Assembly: GCA_012026655.1 (NCBI GenBank)
Contig: JAAILG010000268.1
Span: forward strand, 1-64,000
Source: Hydrolagus affinis
Lineage: Eukaryota
Length of the DNA stretch: 64,000 nt
Reading direction: 5' to 3'
Part shown: positions 25,863 to 37,834 of the stretch, piece by piece
Layout: every line of letters starts with the position of its first letter
Numbering within the stretch: the first letter of the stretch is position 1
The notes under the pieces: generated by a model
What the model was told of the DNA's origin: nothing
Databases searched by the model: none
The model's input: only the letters and a program-made list of their open reading frames with translations
Program-made: the position numbers and the translations under genes

Positions 25863-27524
25863 ACTTTCCTTTCTCCATAGATGCTGCTTGAGCTGCTGAG
25901 TGTTCCCAGCAATTTCTGTTTTGGTTTCAGATTTCCAGCATCTGCAATATTTTGTGTTTCTTTTTCTGGAACAACTTCTACCTTCTACCTAAAGAAAAAC
26001 CTCACGCTGCTCACTAGTTTCTTATACAGTATCAGTGTTCTTACATCTTCTGTCCAAATTCCAGAAGTGCAACAGTGCAAATGCAAACCTGCTTTTTTAA
26101 AAGACAATCTTTATATATAAGCATGCTTTCGGGTTGCCTGGCAACCCTGACATTAGCAAGATGAGATTGGTCATCTTCATCGGCACACTAGTATCAATAA
26201 GCAGCGCTTCCTGTAATGTATATATAATGTGTGTCTTAAAAAAGACATGAAATTCCACTGAGTCTGAGACTGTAACATCGATTTGTCGTTTTAATCTTCT
26301 TTGATCCTGGAGGCCAGTTATTCTTAAGGCCTTGGGAAAATGGTTTCTTCAGAATTTTCCACAATTTTGCACAATCTTAAATTTTAAGGCAAAATAGACA
26401 AAGTGGATTTCCCGTCTTAGATTCATTTCTGTGCTTGGGCAAGTGAACTGGAAAAATAATGGGCTAGAGAATTTCCTTTCACCTCTGAGCTTCGAATCTT
26501 TTTTGGGGGGACTGAAAGAACAAACATTTTCTCAGTTTCTGGTGGTTTTGAGAATGGAAGAATAAATGGGAAAAGGTCACTCACCCATCAAGCCCCATCC
26601 TCTCATCCTGCACTTAACTCATAATACTCCTTTGCTCTATCTACTCCTTGACAACGAGGAAACATCAGAATTACCAGAACCAACCCACAACTTACAGCTC
26701 AAAACTGTCCAGATTTTGGTATCATAATAATCATCGCCTTTCATATCAGGAGCACGTGTCAAAGTACTTCACAGGAAATACTTTTATATATATAAAATGT
26801 TACAGTTTACATTATTATAGGTGATATTCATTATATCCGGTAAATATCCTGTTAAAAGCAGACAATACTGAAGCTATCACTGCCAAGCAACTGGAGGGAG
26901 GAGAAAGTTCATCCCCATCCTCAGAGTGATAGCCATTGACTGCTTTTGATCAAATTCTTGGGTTAATCTGATAATTATCACTGGTGTTATATATGTGTAG
27001 CATTGTACCTGACACGCCATTCATAATCCTATATCCACTTTACCCCTATCTTACCCCCCACACTAACACCACCCTATTCCCTCCCTACTTGCGATACTGT
27101 CATTTCACTATCTTATTCCATTCATCATATCAGTATATACCCAAATTGAGCAGATATAAGTGCAATTTAGCACTTAGAATTCAGCAACCTCTCAAAAATG
27201 GATGTTGTTTCAAATAACGAATATGTGCCCAGCTATTAACAAATACAATTTCTCAGGTTCTTCTACAGAGGATCAGTATTCTGTTTACGGTCTGCCGCTG
27301 TAATCATCCAGCATGTCAGCTTCAAACCACATCAAATTCTAAATATCTACAATAATCCATATGCACACAATAATAATGTTAAACTCTCTGTGGAATAAAC
27401 TACCAAGACATGGAGAGATCGACCGGAGCTTATTTGACCCTGGTTCTTCTTTGTGATTTGACCAATTTTTTCCTCCCTTATGCTTGAGATCAAAGCTAAT
27501 GCTATAATAGCATCAAGAGGTTGA

Positions 27525-27810
27525 ACCGCCCGACTCAGTTGGCAGCATACTCACTCGCCTGCCTCTGAGTCAGAAGGCTGCGATTTCCAAGGCCCACGGT
27601 TGAGATTTAAGAGTTTATCCAGAGTGTAGTGGGGGGAGAAGGACATTGTATTGGTGGAGGACCTGCCTGCCTGTTCAGGTGGACATTAAAGATCCCAACA
27701 CACTATTTGAAAAGAGAGGGAAGTTTCTCCCAGATAACAATCCCCCAGATAAAATTAATCATTCACTTCATGGCTTTTGTGAGGCATTGCTGTGCACAAA
27801 TTGGCACCTC
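27525..27810 (+). mobile_element. Deu-domain SINE (SacSINE1/AmnSINE1-like)
   Basis: Head gactcagttggcagca..ctctgagtcagaagg and Deu core gcctgttcaggtggacattaaagatccc..cactatttgaaaagagagggaagtttctccc. Confidence 0.75.
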
Positions 27811-28519
27811 TCCCAGCACTGTATTGGAGCATCAGCCTAGACTCAAGCTTGAAGTCACATGGTAGAGCCTCTATCAAACAAGGGAAGGAACATTCATCCT
27901 GAAAATGCTTTGCGCATAGTTTGCTTGTTCAGTAAGGCAGAAAAGTCCTTTCAGTTTAACCAAATAATTATTTACATGCGTATGCCTCTGATTTCGGTGG
28001 CTATTTGAGACTGAGCATTACATTAACACTGTACATATTGGCACCAGTGCTGTTTCCTCACAGTCAACAGCTAATTATTTCTTTCTAATTTGTAGTGATT
28101 ATGTTGATCCTTCGGGGTAAAATTCTAACATAGCAGCAAGATGGAAAAAAGAGAAGGGAGTTTCTCCCAATCTATACCTGTCAGCAAAAAGACACGAACA
28201 CTTAATATAATAATCCATACATTTGATAGAGCCTTTCAGATCGGGAGGACATCTTAAAGCTCTTCATGTGGGTGGACAAGAATTGAGAAGTTAACAGCAC
28301 ATGCTGGATTAAAACAAAAACACCCAAAAGCTGTGTTTATTTTAAGTCACCCTCATAACTAACAGCTCTAAACTTTATATTTTTATGATGATAGTGAATA
28401 GATTGTCATCAGATTACTATCAGATAATCACTCCACAGTATCCCTGCTCTTGCTTTTTGGGCATTGTGGAGTCTTGCAACTCAACAACAAAATTACATTT
28501 GTAGAGCACCTTTCACATT

Positions 28520-28800
28520 CGGGGCACAAGCAAGAGACTTGGGTTCGATTCCAGGAAGCGCAAAACTTTGGGCAAGTCCCTTACTCCAACAAGCCTAATA
28601 ATAATCCCTAAAAAAAAAAAAAAAAAAAAAATTGGTCATTTCAATCCACGACTGTTTGTGGACACCGCTGTGTCCAATTGGCTGCTGCATTTTAATCCAG
28701 AAAAATACAGTCAATTCACTTTACAGTATATTATATGAAGCGCTTGGAGACGTCTAGAAAACATGAAAAGTGCTATATCAATTGCAAGGATTATTATTAA
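28520..28800 (+). mobile_element. tRNA-derived SINE, 5' clipped
   Basis: B-box gggttcgattcc, shared body and tgcaaggattattatt tail. Confidence 0.88.
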
Positions 28801-28909
28801 TGTGACTGATACACTTTACCAACCACAGGATAATTATTTTATACATTATATACCCCAGAACAATAGCTTTCATGCACATGTAACACAGCATTAGCGATCA
28901 GCAATAAGA

Positions 28910-29310
28910 CAAACTTTTACAGTGCCTTACATGTCAAAATATCTCAAAGCATTTCATGGTAATTACTGTCCAGTACAGTGATGTTTTCTATAAGCGAATA
29001 GGGCATTCATTGGCACTAGCAATATCCCATAAATAGCCATGAATGAAGCAAATGAGCAATTTATCTGAAGGATTATTGGCCAGAGCACCACCGGGAGAAA
29101 CTCATTCCTCTTTTCGAGTGGTGTTATGGGATCTTTGACATCTGCCTGGAAACAGACAGATGAGACCCCTGTTTAATCTCACATCTGAAAGATGGCACAT
29201 CTAACAATGAAATGCTCTCTTGCAATTGTGGGTCAGTCTAGGCTGTGAGTTCAAATTCTGACAACCTTCTTACCCAGAAGCAAGAATGCTTTAAACTGAA
29301 CTAAACTTAT
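28910..29310 (-). mobile_element. Deu-domain SINE
   Basis: ccgggagaaactc..atgggatctttgacatctgcctg..acagacagatgagacccctgtttaatctcacatctgaaagatggcacatc is the reverse complement of the Deu core. Confidence 0.72.
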
Positions 29311-29469
29311 TTCACCTTACTTCTGGATTTAATTGCCATTCCACTTCAGGTTCTCAAGATCTGCATACCCATTGTGGTAAGATGAATAGTTTACATCAGA
29401 CTGTGAACTCCTAGCACCCTCTTATTCATCTAATAACTCACTCACACCTGAAACGCATGTATATTCTGC

Positions 29470-30170
29470 TAATTCACACGGATATAAAAGGCCCTTTGGT
29501 CCATCCAGTTTCAAACTTCCAGAACATCCACCCTACCGTCATCCCAATACAGCATCAAATTGCTTTTTAAATGAGGAGGAGGGGCAAGTAGGAGGCCAGA
29601 GTCAGCCAAGTGGAGATGGCCAGTGCTGGAGTGGGCAGTAAGCAGGAAATAGGGAAGTGCCAGGGTGTGAACAGATTTGTAGATGAGTGTGAGAATCTTG
29701 AAGATGATAGGGAATCAGTGGAGCCTGGCCATGACTGGTGTGATGAGACTATGGAGTTTAGAGCAGGTGAGTATATAAAGACAGTTGTGATTTTGTTGGA
29801 GTTTGTGGATAGTGGAGATGGGGAGACCGTTGAGGAAGGCATTGGATTAGTATCATCAAGATGACAGCATCTTCACATTAACTGGAAACCCTCAGTGAAC
29901 AATTTATAATTTTCTTTTGCAACTTCTGCTAATGAATAAGCCTTCAATCTGTGCACCTGTTTACTGTTCTCTGTTCCAGTAAGCATTACCTTGCATTTGT
30001 CAACATTAAAATCCATCTGCTACTCCTTGGCCCATCTGCTTAAATTGGTCCAGATCGTCTTGAATCCTATTTATCCTCCTTGGATTATTCGCCCTACTCA
30101 CATAGCTTGGTATCACTAGCAAATGCCACAATATTATGAGAAATTATCTCTTCCAAGTCATTTATACGTA
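29470..30170 (-). mobile_element. Degraded CR1 RT fragment with an embedded second LINE-derived piece (about 29575-29850)
   Basis: The minus strand encodes FASDTKL (FADDTKL-like), QDDLD and FNVDKCKV. The middle segment is compositionally distinct and L2-like. Confidence 0.65.
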
Positions 30171-32894
30171 TATATTCTGAAAAAAAGTATCAAAGTACTG
30201 TATCTAGGTATTTTATAACTTTTATTCTGTTTGCTCCTCTTGGCAATTAAGCCCTGCTCCACTATATCAAATATTTTTGGATCCCGATTTCTTCCTCTCC
30301 GTTTTCAAGACATGTCTCAAAACACATTTCCTTGACAGCAGTTTCAGTCATCTTTCTCTTCCTGCCCCCTCTCGACTTCCAACCCCAGCTCAGGTCCTCA
30401 TGCAGCATTGCAAACTACTGTATTAGGAAAACTACTGTATTTTTGAGAACGATACATGATATTTATACATTTTTAAATATTTATACATTATATTTATATA
30501 TTTGTATATATGTATAATATTTGCACAAGTGTGTTTACAGCCAACTTGGTTTGGAAAAAATCCATAAACTGCTAGAATAAGTCAAACATGAGAAGTTTTC
30601 CTGCTGAATAGACTGGCAAGTCAAAATCACAAAATATCAACAAAGTTAACCTGAGAAATAATTGTTAATTGAAATTGTATTTATTTGCCTTAAATTATCA
30701 AATCATTGTGATAATGGATTTATCTTTGTTTTAAATAATTGTGATTATATGTGAATCCAAATTGTACGCACTTCTTTCCTGCTCAGTAAACAAGTAACTG
30801 TATTTGACCATGTAGCTGACTAAATTTTTCCATTGACATTCTTGTCAACAGTTAAGAAAACAGAGCAGACTAAGCCACAACTATAAATTAAACCAGCTGT
30901 CATGGGCAGCAACCAATTCTTACTGGACCATAGCAATGAGTGAGAATATTTACCAAACCTGGAGGTGGAAATGAAGGAAGCAGATTCTTATTTAAGAGCA
31001 AACAGGTCCTTACTGCTCCCACTGCAACGGTTTTACAGCATTGGATTACACTAGGTCCTGAGCTGATATAGAAAGTGACATTAGTGGTTTTAAGTAAGAA
31101 ACAATACTCATAGTGTGGCTTTAGTGCATTTACTGCACAGTGATGCCACTGAGGGCAAAAGTCCTGATTAATTTCAGTCCACAAAATATGTCAGCCCTGT
31201 AGAAAGCATACAAATCCTAAGAATTTTTTGTGGTCCCTGGTTAAGCCAAAATTCCACCAGAAGGCACGTTTGAAGAGGAAATTCATGGCCTGAGCAACGT
31301 ATTTCTGAACACATGTGGCAATCTATGAATATCCGATTTCTGACATTAATTTGTTACTTTTTTTAAAAAAATCTTAGATTCCTCATCAGGTTTGAGAGCA
31401 ATTTATAATAATATAACAATAATAATAATTCTTCCATTTCATATAACACCTCATTGTGTCATCGAGACATTTCAAAGCGGTTCACGGGGATTTACTATGA
31501 AGTTTTAGGTGAATGCAGCAGTCAATTTGCACAACAGCTATGAAGTGAGTACCTAATTTTTGTATTTAGGGGGATTGATAGCCTCGACTGCTTGCTGCTT
31601 TGGGTAGATGAACAACAATGTTCAATCCAGTGATGAGCTCACACTGTACGCCACTGCTGGCTAAAATGCTTGTGGAAACTAAGACTCTAAATGGAACATC
31701 TGCACATATTGGAATGAACCTTGTTGTATGTGACGAGCTGGTTTGTCAGATAATCGCTCTTGTATCATGTAATGTAATTTTGATAAAATTATGCTTTTTT
31801 TCCAAGACTCACTGTTAAGTTTACACACAATGCACAAAGACACCAACCACAACACCTGGAAGCCTTTTAAGGCAGGTGTGTGCAATTTGTGGGGCCCACC
31901 AGATGCCTGAGAGTATTTATCTAGGGTTTACAAATGGTAAAAAAAAGTAATTGGGGAGGACCCTGTACCGAGCACTGCACTCATAGACTGAAATAGACAT
32001 ATTCCATGTCCGAAACATCCAAAGACTGCAGGAATTACAGCATGAAGACAACTGGGTAGGATTACAAAAAAGATATGTTTTCAAATTTCTCTTCGAGTCC
32101 CAACAGTTTTCAATTTACATTCATTTATTTGCTTGAACACCTGGAATGTTAGTGCTGTTCACATTATTATTGCTCTGACAGGGCTCCTGGCAGATAGCCT
32201 TGCCCTGCAGTTCAGTTACTTGGATTCTCCCCCACCTTTCTTTTCAATAAGTGAGCTGTGATCCACACCCACAGTGTGATAACCTCTTACGGCCGAAAGA
32301 ACTCTCACGAGAGTTTCTATGCTCGGGTTGTTGTGGTAACGATTCTTTTATTCCTATCGTGAAAGAGAGATTTCGTATGGTTTCGATGTGCTCATTCTTT
32401 ACTGTGGTACAACAGCTGCATCTTTAACAAAGTGAAGGTAGCATCATCCCCTGGTTCTGTAAAGGCAAAGCACCTTTGAATTCAGGGCATTTCAGGAATG
32501 CTCTGCACCAAACAAACGTGAAGCTACTCTGCGAACATTTGTAACCGTCAAACAACAATAGTTTCATCACTTAAAGTTTAAGAATAAAGACCTTGCATGT
32601 CGCCACAGTTACATAATAAGAAAGAGAGGGAGAAAAATTACCTTCTAAAGTCTCGATGTGTTAGATCAAATATTTTCAAAGTCTTCCTGCAACGTGAAAC
32701 TTGCAGAGTTCACTTCACACCGAATGGAGCCTGACATTTCCTTTGGAAGTGTGCATACCACTGCCGACAGACATACACACACAATCCGTGATGTAGCCTT
32801 GAATCTCCACTGTACCTACTGTACAATGGTAATTAGCAATGTGGCCATGGATACAGTCATGAAATGAAAATCTAGATCATATACTTGATATTTA

Positions 32895-33260
32895 TTTTAA
32901 GCATTACATTTATTATTGACAGTGCTGGTCAGGGTCGAAGTAGAGGCCAGGTGGTGCAGACCATGAGCTTCTCCCAGCAGATTGAGTTCAAGATATGTCT
33001 TGCCACACTCCGCCTTAATGACCTCCTTCAACCTTATCTCTTCGCTCAGTGAGCACCGGCCTGCTTCGTGCTGCCCGCCCTCCACCACTCCAACCGTCAG
33101 CAAGCAGGCTTTTCCCATTTTCTAGAATTCCAATTCCTGAGTCCCTACAACTCATTTGCTCTCCCACTGACCTTTTCAGGTCTGTTTCAAAATATACCTC
33201 TTTGACTGCACTTTTGGTCATTTTATCCCATCTCCTTTGTCTCTCATTCCCAGCACAGGT
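32895..33260 (+). mobile_element. Degraded L2 3' fragment
   Basis: Similar to the L2 ORF2 end and 3' UTR at 39100-39420 (gacctccttcaacc..accggcctgcttcgtg..cttttggtca). Confidence 0.6.
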
Positions 33261-33422
33261 GCCTACCCTGGAGTGTCAAGCATTTTAAGAATTCTTCATT
33301 CTTCCTATGAAATACATTGCATAAACATGAATTGTTTCATGTAGTAACTCTGTTCCTTGTCTTCAATATGGTGAATCCCTAGATGTAAACAAAGTGAAAG
33401 TCTGTGTTGTTTGGTAAAGCTA

Positions 33423-33522
33423 NNNNNNNNNNNNNNNNNNNNNNNNNNNNNNNNNNNNNNNNNNNNNNNNNNNNNNNNNNNNNNNNNNNNNNNNNNNNNN
33501 NNNNNNNNNNNNNNNNNNNNNN
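33423..33522. other. Assembly gap
   Basis: Run of N. Confidence 1.
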
Positions 33523-33695
33523 TCGTGGATTGAAATGACCAATTTTATTATTGTGATTTTTTTGGAGGGATTATTATTAGGCGTGTGGAGTAAGGAAACT
33601 TGCCCAAGGTTTCGCCCTGACCTGCCTGGATTCGAACACAGGTCTCCCCAGCTTGCAAGACAAGTGCTCTAACCACTGAGCCACAGGAGCTCCTC
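33523..33695 (-). mobile_element. tRNA-derived SINE 5' half, running into the gap
   Basis: The reverse complement has tggctcagtggttagagc (A box) and gttcgaatcc (B box). Confidence 0.88.
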
Positions 33696-35799
33696 TATAT
33701 AAATTGTACCTGTGCCCTTAAAAATATGATGCATTGCAATTTTAAATGAGAAATAATCATATAATACAAGCATGACAGTAATTTCTGAAGTAAAACAGCA
33801 TTGTAGGAACTTTCACAGGGACAAATTTGCTAAGCATCTCACAACTAGAAAATTGCACTTACCTTTGGCACCTCCTTTCCTCCATTAAGTACCCAGAGCA
33901 GAATTACCCCACTCCTCCCGCACTCCCTCCCCCCCCCACCCCCCCACACACACACACACACACACATATACATCCTCCCCAGAGAGGTGCTGGGGGCCTT
34001 ATACATCAACATTTCCACTCTGATTCCAGGCCTGAGTCCAGGCTTCTAATTAAAAGCAGCCAAGAATCGCACATAGAAAATCATTCAGTCTGTCATTCCC
34101 GCCCACGCTGCATGCGAGTCTATGAACCTCACATCAGAGAGCAATGTTGATTAAGGAATCGGAGAGTGGAAATGCTGAAGAATTCAGTAAATGAGTGCTT
34201 TTTAACAGGTTGTGGCTAAAGCTCTAATACCAAATAATGCCAAGGATACCTCAACATCATTCTGGCCAATATCACTGGAAAGCAATCAATGTTAGGAAAA
34301 TTTCCTACATCTAAATTGTTGTTTCTCCCAGTGGCCTGGCCAACAATTCCCCAGATAAAAATGATTATTCACTTTGTGGCTGTTCGTGGGCTACCGCTCT
34401 GTGCAAATTGGCTGCTGTATTCACCTTCAATGTAGACAATTACCGCACTTTATAGTAATTCTTGTAAAGCGGTTTTGAATGTTTCAAATACCTGACGAGG
34501 TGCTACTTTAATTGTAAGGGGTATTATTAATTTTTATTGTTATAAGAGTGGTGAGGAGATTGATGGGGTGTATAAGAACAGGAAGGGAGTAAGAGGAGCA
34601 TAAGAGTGGGGAACAATAGGGTTGGGGGCTTGCGTGAAGAATAAACAGTAGCGCATACTGGTTAGGCCAAATAATTATATAGTAATCCTTTCATTTGATA
34701 TAGCGCTTTATCCCATCTTCAAGATGTCTCAAGGCACTTCACAGAATATACTGTAAAGTGAATTGACCGTATATTTTGTGGGTGAAACGCGGCAGCCAAT
34801 TGCGCACAGCATGTATGTATCTGTGCTGGAGCACCAAACACCTCTGTGTGATTCAGCTAGTCAAGCAACATTGCAGCTTCACTGCTCAGAATCTGCAGCT
34901 GTAAGGCAGCGCAAGACCAATGACGACAATACCAACCATGTCAAAGAAATGATCAGCTTTTCCATAGTAGTAGATGATGGTTTTTGACATCCACACACAT
35001 GGGATAGTGAACCGAGGTTAACATTTTTATGCATCTCAATCAATTTTTCATCGCTAAATCTTTGTCATGGGAATTTCAGTTCCCCTTCTTCTAAACTCTC
35101 ATCTTCCTTGGTGCCAATGTATTCCATTCACAAGCACAAGCATCAGTAGCTAATAATGAACTCAAAGCTACATGGTTATCTAGAACTTAGTGCAACACAG
35201 GGTATTTTACATCCTTGCCATCAGCTGATATCAAAGTAGCCCCAGTATGCTACAAACCCCCTGATAAACACACATCTTATTCAATGCTCCCAAAATAGAG
35301 ATGCTTTTTGTGAAGTTGCTTGAGGAAGCAATACATTAAAAAGGGTTTGAAAAAAGGTGAAGCATAATATAAATATTTAATTTTTTTTTATGAGTGTTGC
35401 AATCATGAACATGTGCAGCACATCAGTGGTCAGAATATTCCAGAGAGGGCTGATGCCGAGAGGGCCTTGTGCACTGCTCTATACAAACTACAGTGATAAA
35501 CTGCAACATGTAGGTAAATAAAATTGGTCATTCACTTCATTCCTGTTTGTCAGAACATTGTTGAATGACCAAATTATTATTGCCATTTTGTTTTGGATGG
35601 GATCTTTATCCCCGGAAAAGCGATCCACCAATCAACCACCATCCAGGTTCCCACCTATACACTTTACAGCAAATCATATGAAGTGCTTTACAGCAAATCA
35701 TATGAAGTGCTTTGCAACCTGATATGAAACGTACTATATCAAATGCAAGAATTATTAATGCTAACATTATCAACCGTATCTGCAACACATTGGGATTCA

Positions 35800-36125
35800 T
35801 AGCTCATAGTCTAGGCTGATATGTCAACAGAATGCTTGAGGAACACTGCATCGCCAGTAATGTGCCATCCTTCAGATGAAACATTAAGGTCCCCTCTGCC
35901 TGTTCAGGTGGACTGTAAAAGATCCCATAATTTCTCCCGGCATCCTCGCCAACAATCTTCTTGATAAATTGGTCAGTCACTCATGGCTGTTTGTGGGACA
36001 TTGTTGTGTAGAAATTGGCTAATGGATTCGCCCATAAAATGTAGTCACTAAATTTGCAGTTATTCCTCCGAAGTACTTTAAAACATCTTGGCATGATAAA
36101 GAATATCGAATGAAAGGATTATTTT
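35800..36125 (+). mobile_element. Deu-domain SINE
   Basis: gtctaggctga..gccatccttcagatgaaacattaaggtcccctctgcctgttcaggtggac..aaagatccca..tcctcgccaacaatc. Confidence 0.75.
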
Positions 36126-36375
36126 CATTAGTAACACATTTCATTATTAACACAAATGCAACTTTGTGTTTGAATTTGGTAATTTGGCTCAAACTGTAGA
36201 TTAAATAACCCCAGTCTTTATTTCACTTTCAGTTTTAAAATTATATGGCAATTGTTTAAATGTAACATTACTGTGAGGAGCTGGCGTTTGGAGGGTGAGA
36301 AGAGCATAAGAGCAAACAACAGTTTGCTTTTGTAAAATATTGACAAAGCAATATTAAATAACTTCCTTCCTGTAG

Positions 36376-36675
36376 TCCTGTAGCTCAATGATTAGAGCAC
36401 TTGCCTCACAAGTGAAAGACCTGGGTTTGATTCCCAGCAAGGCGAAACCTTGGGCAAGTTTCCTTACTCCATATTCCTAATAATAATCCCTCACAAAAAA
36501 CAATAATAATTTGGTCACTCAATCCACGATGTTTGTGGAACACCACTGTGCACAATTGGCTGCCGTGTTTCACCCACAATTATAGTCAATTCACTTTATA
36601 AGATATCCTGTGAAGCGCTTTGAGACATCTAGAAGGCGCTACTGTATATCAAATGCAAGAATTATTATTATTATT
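36376..36675 (+). mobile_element. Full-length tRNA-derived SINE
   Basis: tRNA-like head, shared body and L2-type tail ending in (ATT)n. Confidence 0.92.
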
Positions 36676-37834
36676 CCTTACGTGCGACACATATATTCCT
36701 GCATCACTTTCCTGACTCTAGCTTACAAGACAATGCTCGAACTACTTGTGGTTGTTCTTTAGCATCTAGGAGGTAATGCACTAACTCTGTACAGAGAAAA
36801 AGAGTACTGCATCAAGGGAGCACTAAAATCTTTAATTCTTTGAAAGTTTACCAAGAACAGTTTTGCTCCAGACCTAGCATTCCATGCATCACACATCAAT
36901 CCACCCGTTCACTTATTGTGTCCAGACAGATACTTCAAACCACTGATCCACCAACATATACACACATCCACACACCAAAAATGCTAAGTATCTGATGAGG
37001 CAAAAGTGTTTTGAAAATGATTCCAGATGTTTTAATTTTAAACTCAGTATTTTTACAATATGTCAGTCAGTTTAATTTGTCATTCCTTTTAGGGAATCTG
37101 ACACATTTGAAGAAACTCACCAATCTCTTTGATCTAGGCAGGTCCAAGGTGATTTCATTTTCTGAAAACAGTTCTATTTTACTACTAGTAATTATGTTGG
37201 ATTTGATTTAATAAATGCGTAATCTTGCCTTTGTAGTACAATAAGCCTTTTGTCCTTCAATATGCTTTTGGTTACTTGTCAGTGCAATAATGTAAAATCT
37301 GCACTGAAAGGCAAGACTCAGTACAGAGCTGTATTATGAACTACAGAAATTTAAAATGTATTTCAACCATTCAAATTTACATCACATATTGTTTCAGTAG
37401 TGGGTTGCTTTTAACACGGTGAAATGTTAATAGAACAATCATTGTGAAATAAAATGAAAGGTTGAGAGGAAAAAAACATATTTAAGTGCGCATTGCAATT
37501 TTACAAATATCTGTGTTTTAAAATGCAACAGACAAATTGTAACTAATGGTAAAGCATGATATCACACAGTCAACATGTCTCAAAGTGCTTCACAGGAATG
37601 ATTGTAAAGTGCTCCAAGACACTATCTAGATGAAAGGTGATATATAAATGCAAGCTGTGGTTGCAAAGTGTATTTTTATATATTTACTGCATGTTTGGTC
37701 AAATGCGGCAGCTAATTTGCACACACCAATATATTACTAGAACGCGTTGTTGCCAACGAATGCGCACACCGCTCCCTCCATTCCCTTTTCGAACCCATCC
37801 AGTTCAGTTTCTGCCCTGCCCACAATACAGAGAC

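Larger units (their letters stand above)
25683..25960. mobile_element. Inverted (head-to-head) pair of Penelope-like terminal repeats
   Basis: The ~120-135 bp arms are reverse complements around a central gtcagaactc-a-gagttctgac palindrome. Each arm begins with a hammerhead core, and a solo copy lies at 58526-58662. Confidence 0.8.

Noticed and set aside
25683-25960. Simple MITE or miRNA hairpin
   Set aside because: No TSD is evident, a solo arm exists at 58.5 kb, and the hammerhead cores point to a Penelope-type origin.
35662-35709. 24-bp direct repeat (also 17 bp at 13768-13800 and a 7-mer x3 at 11874-11896)
   Set aside because: These are local slippage duplications with no spacers, so not CRISPR-like.
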